A program made the position numbers and the translations under genes. The notes below the pieces were generated by a model that was given only the letters and a program-made list of their open reading frames with translations, was not told the DNA's origin and searched no databases. A stretch of DNA of 58,103 bases, counting the filler, from Dirinaria sp. TL-2023a (lineage: Eukaryota): the NCBI GenBank assembly GCA_051941275.1. It is 4 parts of 4 records of this genome, joined end to end, with 100 filler letters (N's around TTAATTAATTAA, not from the genome) between each part and the next. Parts side by side here need not be neighbours in the genome. Positions count along the whole stretch, not along the records: positions 1 to 14,476 come from JAVEBF010000604.1; positions 14,577 to 29,045 come from JAVEBF010000605.1; 2 more parts are not named here. One strand, written 5' to 3'. Positions 13,860 through 24,942 of this stretch are shown here, piece after piece. The stretch's first letter is position 1; every line of letters begins with the position of its first letter.

Positions 13860-14261
13860 AGTAAGTTCCACAGTTAAATGTGTCGCCAAACTTTCTGGCC
13901 TTGAGGCATGAGGTAAGATTACATACTATGGGGCATGCTATTCCGTTTTGGCAGGTAGATAGAGGATAATGGCCATGGGGGCTGATATTTCGCTAAAAGA
14001 TGCAGTTTAGAAGAATAATTAACGAGCTTTGATTGCTATGTACGAGTACGTATGTTAGCTCGCGATCCTTGTTCGCGCGCCCCATTGTCTCTACAATCAT
14101 CCCTTCACAGATCCCTCGGCGAACAATGCCATTGTACAAAATTATGTATATTCACATTCGACTCCTTTGTTCGCGATCTCCAACTTCAACACATCCACTT
14201 CCTGGTTTTTTCTACACGGGCATTTTTTCGAAATTGTGGCTACTTATAAAAAGATGCTACT

Positions 14262-14426
14262 GCTGCTACTGCTCTCTCTCTCTTCCTGAATCTTTCCCCC
14301 CTTCTCAAGCGGCCCCCCGTGTTTTCTAATCATTTCATAAATCAAAACTTTTGGAAAGAGAGAGAGAGAAAAGAGGAAAAAAGAGAAAAGAGGGGCAGAG
14401 AGAAGAAGAAAAAAAAGAGGAAAAAA
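14262..14426. repeat. Low-complexity CT-/GA-rich tract at contig end
   Basis: Runs of (CT)n, (GA)n and poly-A are directly visible. Confidence 0.7.
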
Positions 14427-14476
14427 TGCCACTCCCCCGCCAAATCCAGCAAACCATGAAAATCCAAAACATCCTC

Positions 14477-14576
14477 NNNNNNNNNNNNNNNNNNNNNNNN
14501 NNNNNNNNNNNNNNNNNNNNTTAATTAATTAANNNNNNNNNNNNNNNNNNNNNNNNNNNNNNNNNNNNNNNNNNNN
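14477..14576. other. Artificial contig-joining spacer
   Basis: 44 N + TTAATTAATTAA (stops in all six frames) + 44 N. Confidence 0.99.
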
Positions 14577-17500
14577 GGTGAGGCCCCGGCGGAGGGCCCG
14601 GGGGCGGAGGATTTGATCCAGGATGACTGCCATGTGGAATTCCGGGTGGGTGAGGCGCTGGCGGAGGGCCCGGCGGTGAAGGGTTTGATCCAGGATGACT
14701 ACCATGAGGACTAACAGGTGGAATGATCACCGGAGGAGGCCCGGGGGGCGAAGGGGTATGCGAGGGATGGGTCTGATGAGGACCGTTGGATGGTTTAACC
14801 ACCGAAGGAGGCCCCGGAGGCCCCGGAGTGGGCCCTAGGGGGTCTGGATCATCAGGGTCATTGAAGTCTTTATCAGGTCCGCAATTGACTGCGCACGGCT
14901 TAGCGCAGAATAAGATACATTTGTGTCCGCATCCAACTGTGCATGTGGGTTTTGGAGGACCATGGTTATGCATTAGGTACAAACCATATCCTGCAACTGT
15001 TGATGAGGTCTGTTTACCTGTACTTGGCGAAGGATGCACTGGGGGTTTGCCTGTAGTTGTTGGCTTCCCAGGTGGATTGTGGTCGTCAGCTGAGTATGGA
15101 TAAGGAGGCGGTGTGATTGTGCGTATGACGGGCCGATGAGTAACGCCAGACTCGCTTCCAGGATTCCGGTCGTCAGTAATAGTGAAAGGAGGTGGTAAGA
15201 TACTGGTTGTTGGGTATATTCGAGAGCTTTGAACCCCTGACGGGACGTGTACATTCCATAAATTGATCAGATTGGTAGTTACTGGTGGAATTGTGAGTGT
15301 TGTTTTCTTTGTAGTCCTGGAAAATCCTGTCGAGGTTGACTTGTGGCCATCGGAAAGAGTTTTGACGCTCGTTGTTGGCCGTGCCACCTCGAGAGATGTT
15401 GTGTAGAGAGGGAATGAGATGGTCGTGGTACTCTTCAACTTCAAAGGTGGCAGGATGTAGTTACAAGGCGGAATACAGTTGATAATCGAAGAGCCACCAG
15501 TAGACCAGACGTTAGGATCAAGGTAAACATCACCAGAAGGCCCTGAGTCGTTCGTAGCCGAGTCTTTCGTAGCTGAGTCGTTCGTAGCTGAGTCGTTCGT
15601 AGCTGGGTAGCATGGACCGGATAAACAGCCGTGACCACAATGATCTTCACCAGAGCCACAGGAACCTGAAGATGAGCAACAAGGGCCTTGGTGCCATGAG
15701 CCGCAAATTGAATTTCCATGTTTCGGTCCGCAAGTCCCATCTTTGGTAACGGGTGCGTTGTTTCTGGAATCGTCCTCGCGGGTGGGTAATGTTGAGCGAC
15801 GGACATCAACGCTTGAATGTGAGATTGAGCTTCCGTTACCGAGTTCGAAATCAACGCTCCAGATCATTGTTCCGCCAAAGCAAAACCCACTTGCCCACTT
15901 CTTTTTCAATTCGGTAGTTTCGTAGTCATCATATCCTATCCATTGATCACCCCAAGTGATTTGCTTCATCATGGCTTGGTCCAGGAGTGTCGGCTTGAGA
16001 CCTTTCTGCGCGATATACGTTTTAATCTCCGCGAGCGAGAGTATTCCGTGGTAGTTCGTGCAAGGGCCGGGTGAGCTTGGGCCAATGAATGGACAACCCA
16101 TCTGGTTGCAGCTGCGGTCGGCAAGGGTATAGCCTATAATTTACATGGTCAGCGTTGGCTTCCCAAGTCACGCATATCGACTACCTCTGCCATAGAAAGC
16201 TAACCCAAAGTTGACCTTCGCGGGGTTGACACCATCAAACCAGAGAGGAAGGGTATCGTTATGAATTTCGCGAATGTCGGTTTGGCCTCGGACTTTGGCT
16301 CCCAAAGTTTTGACATCCGCATCCCAAAACCCGTGCAAATCGTACGCCATAAAGCCGAACATGTCAACATAAGGCTCCATGCCCTTCGCATCGAACCCTC
16401 TAAGATACCAGTAGTCCGGAGCCAGGGTCAAGCTGATGCCGTATCGGTCACCGAAAGCGGCTTTCATTTCCTTTACAAGAGAAACGAAATTCTCCGTATC
16501 CGCCCACTTTCCACCATGTTCAGTGGTGCCTGGATACCCCCAATCAATGTCAACACCTTGAAATCCATACTTAGGCATGAAGCTTTTCAACGAGGAGATG
16601 AAGGCGGCTCGATTGCCTTGAGTCGAGCAAAGATCACTCCTAATAAACGTCAGAACGTATCAATCGAAGTCTCTGAAGTCTTACCATGTGTTGCGTGTGG
16701 GGCCAGGAACACTGAATTCAAAGCCTCCAATGGCAATCCAAGTCTTGAGGGATGATGATTGAAGCTTCGTGAACTCTAAGTATTGAGCAGCATCTCCTGA
16801 ATGGCCTGGAACGACTGCAAAACTCTTGGGATCGATTTTGGCAAATGCAAAGTACAGATGAGTGAGTCCGGTCGTATTGATTTGGCTTGGAGTGACGCGA
16901 TTACACGGTCGGTCTCGCGTGTTAGAGGCTTGATAATAACCAATCGTACGTCCATTGGCCGAGCTGGCTGCCGGATTGCAGGACGGAGAAGGGGCGACGT
17001 GGCAAAGGCCAAATTTGTCTTGGCATGGTGCTTTACCGTGAGGATCAGGATTGCCACAATGAAGCTCGGAAGTCTGTCAACTTAATTAGTATGCTTACAT
17101 CAAAATGCGATGGGTTCTGAACTTACACCACACCAGCCATAGTAAGAGCAGCATAGGTCCATACCGCACTTTAGGTTCCCGCCTTCACTATATCTCCCAC
17201 ACATAGCTGTAGCATTACAATTCGAAACACAGTTGTGGGAGCTGCAATAGTCAGGTCCAAACCCGCACTTGCCTCCTTTACTACAGCAGCTGTAAAACCG
17301 AGTCAGCAATTATGTTGAGGTCCAAGTAATTCGTATCTCTACCTCTTGTCTGGACATGGCTCGTCCGAAGAGCAAAATTCGGCGGTTTTACTGATCAGTG
17401 GGCTCAGCATTGCTGGAGCTAGATCCGCACGATCGTAGGCCCTCAGGTGCAATTGATGAATGCCGGTACTTGAATTCGATGAGGAGTTCGTGGAGTCTAC

Positions 17501-17822
17501 CGCAACATCGTCGACGGTAGCGAAAATATAGTCCGCTGAGATGTCAAGAATAGGAAGTGGTGGTGCGTATTGGATATTGCACTGCGCGCAGGAATTGTTA
17601 CCTATGAGAAGGTTAGGTTGAGGCAGCCGATGTGTAGCATATCCTACCTTCTCCTAGTGCTAATTTTGCCTTCGACGACACTACCACATTCCAGCCTGGC
17701 GGACAAAGTCGAGACCACAAGGTTGTCACGTCTATCCGAGCAACGAGATATGGCAACAGGCACGCAACAGTAGCAAAAACAAAAAGCGGTTTCGAAGCCC
17801 GGAACACGTTGATTGAAGCCAT
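14577..17822 (-). CDS. Secreted subgroup-C GH18 chitinase-like protein (CBM18 modules, GH18 with catalytic Glu->Gly, second CBM18, Pro/His-rich tail), 3'-truncated
   Basis: ATG at 17822 with hydrophobic leader MASINVFRASKPLFVFATVACLLPYLVA. Hevein-like CCSKGGKCGFGPDYC and CCSYYGWCG. GH18 motifs RTIGYYQ, THLYFAFA, KTWIAIGG, YGFQGVDIDWGYP, MAYDLHG, WIGYDD and GGTMIWSVD. Five GT-AG introns. Confidence 0.93.
15543..15602 (-). repeat. 4 x 15-bp coding tandem repeat (ATNDS/ATKDS)
   Basis: The unit ctgagtcgttcgtag is repeated four times within the chitinase-like ORF. Confidence 0.95.
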
Positions 17823-18725
17823 TGTGTCCAGCTTCGGCGGATAAGAACGGCACCGCCAATGTTGGGCAGAGTACTGTCAGGCTTGATGCCCAAGCTATGA
17901 AAAATAGCACCTTGCCACCGCTGATTGGTAGGGGTTATACTACCGCTAGCAAAATCTGCATGAAGAAGAGGAGAAATTTGGGTGTGAAAGCGAAGATCAT
18001 ATACACTACGTTACGGCTGTGTAGAAGGAATCGGCAGCTACATCGAGCTTCATCCTCCATCGAGCTTCATTCCCTGAGAGAAGTTCGAAATGAACTCCCG
18101 CTCTACCATATTAACCCATCGCGCAGCAGTGTTATCCGAGGAGAAAGCCACAACAGTAAAGGCCTAGATGAACGAGTTGGTCATGGAAACATGAGGTAGG
18201 TCTGTATAGTTGTCCTTATTTGGCTTCGATCCCCAAAAATGACTTTCATCGCTTCCCATTTGATGAAAGACTGTATGTGAGATCGAGTTTGATGTGGTAT
18301 GTCTAGATATACCCGAGAGGTGACAGAGTGCTTCGGTGAGTGAGCACCAATTCGCAAATGGGTTGCAACGCCTACCCCAAGGCGGAGGTCGTTGTACCTC
18401 GGTCGAGTAAGGTGAAGACAAGGTTCAATGATGGATCCGTCGTAGTTACAATTGAGCTTCAACGTAAAGGAATCCCTCAGCATGTGACTAAGGTGGAGTT
18501 GACTTGTATGGTGTGCCGAAAATGTCGTCAAAGTCGAATATGCCATTCATCAGCTCTATCAGTGTTGACGAGACACTGCGCCTACCTTCAGGTTCGTCCA
18601 CTTCCTGATCTTTGATCGTTCTGAGTTTCCTCGTCTCTGGTTGTACGGCAAAGCAGATTTCGAAGCCAAAACCATTCTCGTGTTCCCGAGATCTATGTCA
18701 AAACAGGCCAACCTTCTTGAACACC

Positions 18726-19823
18726 ATGACGGTCCCTCTCATTGGGTCTCGACGAAGCTTTCGGGCTTTTACGGTTCTTGCAATCTCAATCTGTTGCTTC
18801 TTCGCCCTCCAACAGCTCCATGATCCGATTCAAAATATTGGACAATATCCGGCATCAGCTCACAACAAGAGAGTCGAGGTCTTCTCTGGTGATGCTGCAC
18901 CCAACGTTTCCAGCTTCCAAGGTGGACAGTCAACCACGCATGACGAACTCGTCAAACGAGCAAATGTGTGGTCAATGGACTACGAAACTGCGGTATGTAA
19001 AGGCAAGAAACTCCGCGATCGAATCGATACTTCCCAGGGAAAAGCCAGAGTCTGGAAAGTCAGTGATTTAGACAAGAATGGCTGGACCTTGACGAAGCCA
19101 GGCGAAAACGACCGTGTGGCCGCCCCAATCCCTGCCACGTTGCAGAAAGCAATGACGGCATATGGATTGTCGACCTCTGAAGATCAGAACCAGCAGAGAT
19201 ATGCCCATCTGGATCATCCCTTTGTCAGCGATACGGGGGAAAAAATTGTTGGTGGATCGGTGTAATGCTTGTAGGGTCACGCTAACAACATCTTGTAGGA
19301 CCAAGACTGTGGATATTACGAGAACGCATACAATGTCAAGAAAGGTGCTATCGTTGCACTTCAGAATGCGAGCCCCGCGTATTGCGTTAATTTAGGGGTG
19401 GAACCACCTCTAACTCCTGCGCAAATTAAAGCGAAAGTGCCTCCATTGCAACGCTGGTCCGATATGGTGTGGACGATATGGGCGGATATTGCAGGGAATC
19501 AAGCTGCCACGCTACGGTACATTTTCCGCGATAACGTGGTGAATCCTGATACCAAGCACGTTATGGACGCAGTGATGAAGTTACCGCTAACCCCCACGGT
19601 TGGCAACCTCCACATCCCTTTTCCCGGAGAAACATTCGACTTGACTTCGGACGAAGGCTGTGCGCTCCTAGCAACACCACACGGTGTAGGTGTTGCCCAC
19701 CTTCTGGCCGATCATATAGATATACTCCGTGGGAGAAAGCTCAAGATCACCATCTACACTGGTACCGACGAGACGCGTCCAGATAAGGCCAATCAGTACT
19801 TTATGCTATTCGATATGCAGTAA
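18726..19823 (+). CDS. Secreted prepro-protein of unknown function with Kex2-type dibasic sites
   Basis: Hydrophobic leader (AFTVLAISICCFFAL) and HNKR / LVKR sites. Intron 19248-19298 (GTTGGT...gctaac...TAG) joins the two ORFs in frame. Motifs LQRWSDMVWTIW, LRYIFRDNVVNPDT, FPGETF and ALLATPHGVGVAHLL are typical of an uncharacterised ascomycete family as I recall it. Confidence 0.8.
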
Positions 19824-21746
19824 GCAGAACGCAGGAACTAGACAGCTACACTATGTGAGCTATGTCTAGCCCAAGCCTTTCTGCATTCATGGTTAATGGA
19901 AAGACCCCATCACGAAATACTTACCCAGCTCGTGTTAGAAGTAAGTGACGGTACTAGACGGAAATATGGAGAAATCAGTACAGGTGAAACCTATCCATAG
20001 ATCGTGCTCTTGCTTGTTGCTTTTGAATGTACATTTAGCCGAAATTATCTGGATTTGTCCTTGCATGTAGCTCCTCAATGTAAACATAGTCGAAATCATC
20101 TGGATCTGTCCTTGCGTGCTTGTGTGGTGTGCGCCGATCCACTTGTTCCGTAGTTTAAAGGGAAGTTCAATTCGCCATCGCTAATTGCGAACCAGTGTCC
20201 AGGGCGCTTAGCGACCTGGGGACGATTCTGATGGACCTTATCGCGCCTTCCGATGTCGAATAGCCTTTGTTCGAACTTCAGGAAATACATCTGACCATTT
20301 CACGACTCCGAATTCGTCGAGGGTTTCTAATTTGTAGTACTATCGTGCTGTCTGCTATGCATCTGATGGCCATATTATGACCGCATATTCCCCATCAGCT
20401 TCTTGCAACGTTGACAGACTCTTGATATATCTTTATTTGAACACCGGGTACATAGGGGGTGGCGATTTGCTTTTCCATGGCGTACAAAGCGCTCAACATA
20501 GCTGGCTAATTGGGGCAAAGTAGGACAACGTACTTGGATTTGTCGTCCCGTTCGAGAGTATGGCCATTATGAATCCCCTTCACGTGCAGCAGCTCATTCC
20601 GCCAGCAGGATCAGAATAGACCGGAGAAGACACAAAGCGGTAAGCGCTTCATTAAGCTGTGGACAAGGGCTGCCCGGAGGGTCTAGCAAATATATTGAAA
20701 ATCTTGACTTTGTCCTTATGGTCTTGCCTACGGAGTGGCAGCGTGCCTTCTGCTAGGGTCTATTGGAGGTGCTCAAAAGTATATTGAAAGGGATGATCAG
20801 TGCTCTTTGCTTGCAGAGCTGTACGCTAGTAGGTGTTCTTCTGTAGTGGGCTTCCTGGAGAGGGAGTAGTATCCTCGAGAGCCAAATAGCGCTTGTTGAG
20901 GTTCCACCGCCCTGATACATGAGCCTTCGTCTCGCCAATGAACCCATGTAGTCGATGAATTTGTCTTACACATGTACTTGGACTGGTTTTGATATTTCAA
21001 TTTGGAAGTCCAAACGGTAGTAGTTGTATTTTGTCAGTGTAGTGACTGGCATTTTTGCCTGAATAACCTCGTCCTGGCGATATTGATATGACGAGGCAAG
21101 AATTTTTCGGTAAATATTACTCCTCTTTGTTCGAGCTGATGGCACTGTTGACCTTCATTTGCAGGTAGTGAAGTAAAAAGAAAGGGAATATCAGCCGATG
21201 AAAGGGAGGCTATATCAACACGCTATGACGTTCGGTTAGTAGAAGATGTGGAAGTACCTGATGAGAAAGATCCTCGCATCGGTCGTTTCGATCGCCATCG
21301 TCCTTCACAATTGAAATTGCGGTACGGACCCGACAGAGATATTGAGAGCGCGAGGAAAGCTTTGTGTACTTGAGACGAGGCTCGCACGAGTACAATTCCG
21401 ACAGTGGCTCGAGTGGTCGTTGCATTACTCGTGACGTCATTCAGCCTCTTGGGCAAACACTACTTAGTCAGCCTTGTGTATTTCGGACACGACAGGACTT
21501 CGCTGACTCAGCGACCGTCTTCGGATCGAGGGATCGGCATTGGGACTTTGGGAGACATAGCACTATCTAGCCTTGTGATCTGAAGAAGCTCTCGACTTGA
21601 ATCCTTCTATGACCACATAACGAACTACTAATCCTCAAATGTCTAAGGTCGCCAGAGATATATCCATGGTCGTAAGCTCCGTCTATTCGTCCTTCATCAA
21701 GAGGACTTACATCTAAGTACAGGCTGGATTGCTTACCATCGCGAAT

Positions 21747-23874
21747 CTACCGGTCAAATTTGCTATCTGGGGTCATGGCCTGCTCCAGCTGGAACGGAGC
21801 AACCTCAACAATAGGTCCCTTGTAAACCTTCCTGGCGTAAGCAATGTAGTAAAGAATCGCGAAGAGGATGACCGCCCCGGTCATCAAGACACTGTAATTC
21901 ATTGTTGCAGCTTCAACCGGGGTAGCCACAGGCCAAAAGCTGAAGAAAAAAATGATGATACCAAAGCAAATAGCGAAGAGGTTCACCGCAATACCGAAGA
22001 TGCCAGGTAGGTGGAATGGACCCCAGATAAGTTGGTTAGGTTCGCTGGTCTCATCGGCGCCGTTTCGTGATGACTTGATGCCGCCGGTCAATCGATGGTA
22101 GAGGAGGAAGCTCTCGGTCAAGATGTACGAGGCATATAAGCTGCTAACACTAAGGGAAATGACGTCGTTGAATGCAGTCGAAGAACCGATGTTGATGAGT
22201 CCAATGGCGCAGGCGACCAAAGAGCAGATAATGACAGCGTACAATGGGATCACAGTGCCCATTTGGACCTACAGGAAACCCGTTCATTGGCCTGCTTGTA
22301 ACCTAGACGTTGTCAGACATACCTTGCTCATATGATGCCAGAATGGCAGGCCACGGTCACGAGCAAAAGCCCAGACCAATCGAGACGCTGTTGCAAGCGC
22401 GGCTATCGTGCCACAAGATGACATTACGATAACGATAGCGATCATGGCTGAGGAGCCTCCTTTCGATCCTGTCGCATCGTAAAATATCTGCATGAAAGGG
22501 TAGCCAAGCGCCCCCGCCGGGCTTTCGAGCGCGGCTTCGATATCGGTGGTAACGAAAAGCATTGCGACGACAATACCGAATCCGAGAGCTCCGTTAAGCA
22601 AAGTAGTCACGAGCATAGACCAGGGGACAACCCAATCAGCATTTCGGACCTCCTCCGCCATCTACGATAAAATTAGTACCGTTCCCTTTTCAGCCAACTG
22701 CGCACCCACGTGAACAGCGCTATCACATCCTGTAAGTCGTGTTAGAAATCATGTGCGAATTTCAGTGCGGAGGCGACTACGCACCGAACATGGCGAAGAC
22801 AGAGCCAATGAGACCAATGAAGAATGATAAGCCTTGCGAGGGCCATGCACCGCCATTTTGAAAGACTGTAAAGACCTCATGCGCAGAAGCCTTTTCTGGT
22901 GCCATCTAAATCCATTCTCTTAGCTGAGGACAAGAAGCAGCTCTAACAGACTTACATATACCACTGGAATGAGTATTGCGAAGAAACCCAGGACATGGAC
23001 AACCAAGATAAAGGCTTCGATGGGTGGTAGCAGGCGGCTGGCAACTGTATTGATCAGCACCGCAACCACCACGGTGGCCCAGAACAGCAGTGTCCCTTCC
23101 CAGCGTTGTGGATTATAATTGGGGTGGTTGAGCTGGATCAATGCTTCGATCATAGTCCCTGTTAGGTAGCCGCTCCCTGCTAGAATGCCCTGCCATCCGC
23201 AGATAACCAACCAGCCTGAGTTACTTAGCCAACATTCCCCTGCGGACTACATGAGAGCTCGTACCCATAATGTAGCTCATAAATGTTCGAATTGAGGGTG
23301 GTGCAAGCTGAGCTATCCAATGGTACTGGCCACCTGAGGTAGGAGCCCTGAACATGGTTGTCAGCTGGTATCTTGTACTCCTGAATTGTTTCGAGTCCTA
23401 CAGTGAAGCCAATTCAGCCATCGTGGTGAAAACCGCAATCGTGCCTAACCATACAAAGAGGTATCCGTAGATAAGGCCTGCAGAGCCTCCACTTTGAAAG
23501 CGATTCGTTAATATGAGAGGCGCGCATTGTGCGTGGAATAAGAACACACTTCGTTAAACCAGTGGTGAAAAGACTACAATTAGGTTAGGGCCAGGGCACC
23601 GATTGCGGAGAGGATAATGCACACATTAGACTTCCTTCCCATGTGACAAGAATCGTACACATAAATCCACAAATCGATATAAATCCAAAGCGGCGCTGGT
23701 GCAAGTCAGACCATAGCGGTTTTCGAGTCTTTCTGACTCTGAGCGCACCTCCAAGACCGACTTCTTTCCCAGCCTTGCCAGGATTTGAGCGTCACGCTCG
23801 ACTTTCGTCTGAGCTTCGAGCTCGGTATGACGGGGGGACTTTCCCACCGACTGAAGCTCGTGATCAAGAGCCAT
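21747..23874 (-). CDS. Amino-acid/choline/GABA permease (APC superfamily, HNM1/UGA4-like)
   Basis: DAQILARLGKKSVLE|RRFGFISI, MAELAS-APTSGGQYHW, MAEEVRNA, SRLVWAFARDRGLPF, LINIGSSTAFND, FFSFWP and MNYS motifs. About 12 TM segments over many short exons. Confidence 0.92.
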
Positions 23875-24887
23875 TGCGACTGGACTCTACTTGAGCCAAC
23901 TAGGTGGCGTTGAGGCCGTTTGGATGGGACCAAGCGCCTTTTATCCAGTGGATTGAGATAGTCCAAAATAATCCGAACCTACCTTAGGCACCTTCGGGGA
24001 CGCTAGGTAACAAAAGGAAATAAGGGACTAAGGAAAAGAAGAATCATGGAGATGGTGCATGCCACAAAAATCGCAAAGGGCTTGAAAGAAAGATCGATCA
24101 CAAAGACCGCGAAAAAGATATTTGAGTCTTGATGCGGACAGCAATCAGCGGACTCGGTAGGAGCCATGCTGCCGCGCTGCTCGCGGGGTAAGTCGTCAAA
24201 CGCGACGCAATTTCAAGGAAGATTATAGCTGCAGCTCGCTAGCCCTGACATGGGTGGAGTGTCTGATACATGCAGCACTACGAATGCGGGTAGCGGCTTG
24301 CGCTATGCCACAATCTTGGGGAAACTAGGCATGAGGCAAGCGCTAAAGAAAGTAGATACAACTTTGTTGGTAGTTGGATGAGAATGATAGGCAGGTTTCG
24401 TGGGAGCGAAGCGGGAGCTCAGAATTGCAATTGACCCGCGAAAGAAAGCTATATCTCGGCCTCCATTAAAAGTGAAGCCAACAGAACCTTACCATCGACT
24501 TGAAGAAGGACCGGTGTTTTGACGATACAGATATTACACCCATCACTCATTTCCGCCTGGTAATGCATTCCTTCCTTTTGATGTCTCCTGTCGAATTTCA
24601 GTATAACCATTCCTGTGCTCTGACAGGCTGCGAAGTTTCAAGCCAAGACGGTCTAACGAGATGACAATGGATTGACTCGCCACGAACATGCCATCGTCAC
24701 ATAGGGATTTAATTAGAGGTTGAAAAGGGTGTGACGGCAGTGGAGCCTACAGATATGGTAGGTTCCATGGTTGGCACTCGAGGTGCCTTTAGTTGCAAAA
24801 GGAAGGTGCCGGGGACGGAAGTAACTTTAGGGGATGAGCCACTTCTCTGCTTCCACGGGCCGTGCCCCGCTGGCCGCGCTTCAGTAG

Positions 24888-24942
24888 CTATCGGACCACC
24901 TATCGGACCACCTATCCGATCACCTATCCGATCACCTATCCG
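24888..24942. repeat. 12-bp minisatellite (ctatcggaccac x2, ctatccgatcac x2, partial fifth) in divergent intergenic region
   Basis: Directly visible tandem units. Confidence 0.9.

Noticed and set aside
14456..14476. ATG AAA ATC CAA AAC ATC CTC (MKIQNIL) as the start of a secreted protein
   Set aside because: Only seven codons before the contig end; unsupported.
14521..14532. TTAATTAATTAA palindromes (also 29090-29101 and 43620-43631) as regulatory or recombination sites, and the ORF ends they create
   Set aside because: Synthetic all-frame stop linker embedded in N runs.
17644..17961. Alternative chitinase start (ATG 17961 or ORF 17910) with an in-frame TAA, suggesting a pseudogene
   Set aside because: That frame hits a stop after the first splice. 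ATG 17822 gives a signal-like leader and splices in frame into the CBM18 exons.
15543..24942. Short periodic repeats (15-bp at 15543, 12-bp at 24888) as CRISPR-like arrays
   Set aside because: Head-to-tail minisatellites without unique spacers, in eukaryotic DNA with no cas genes.
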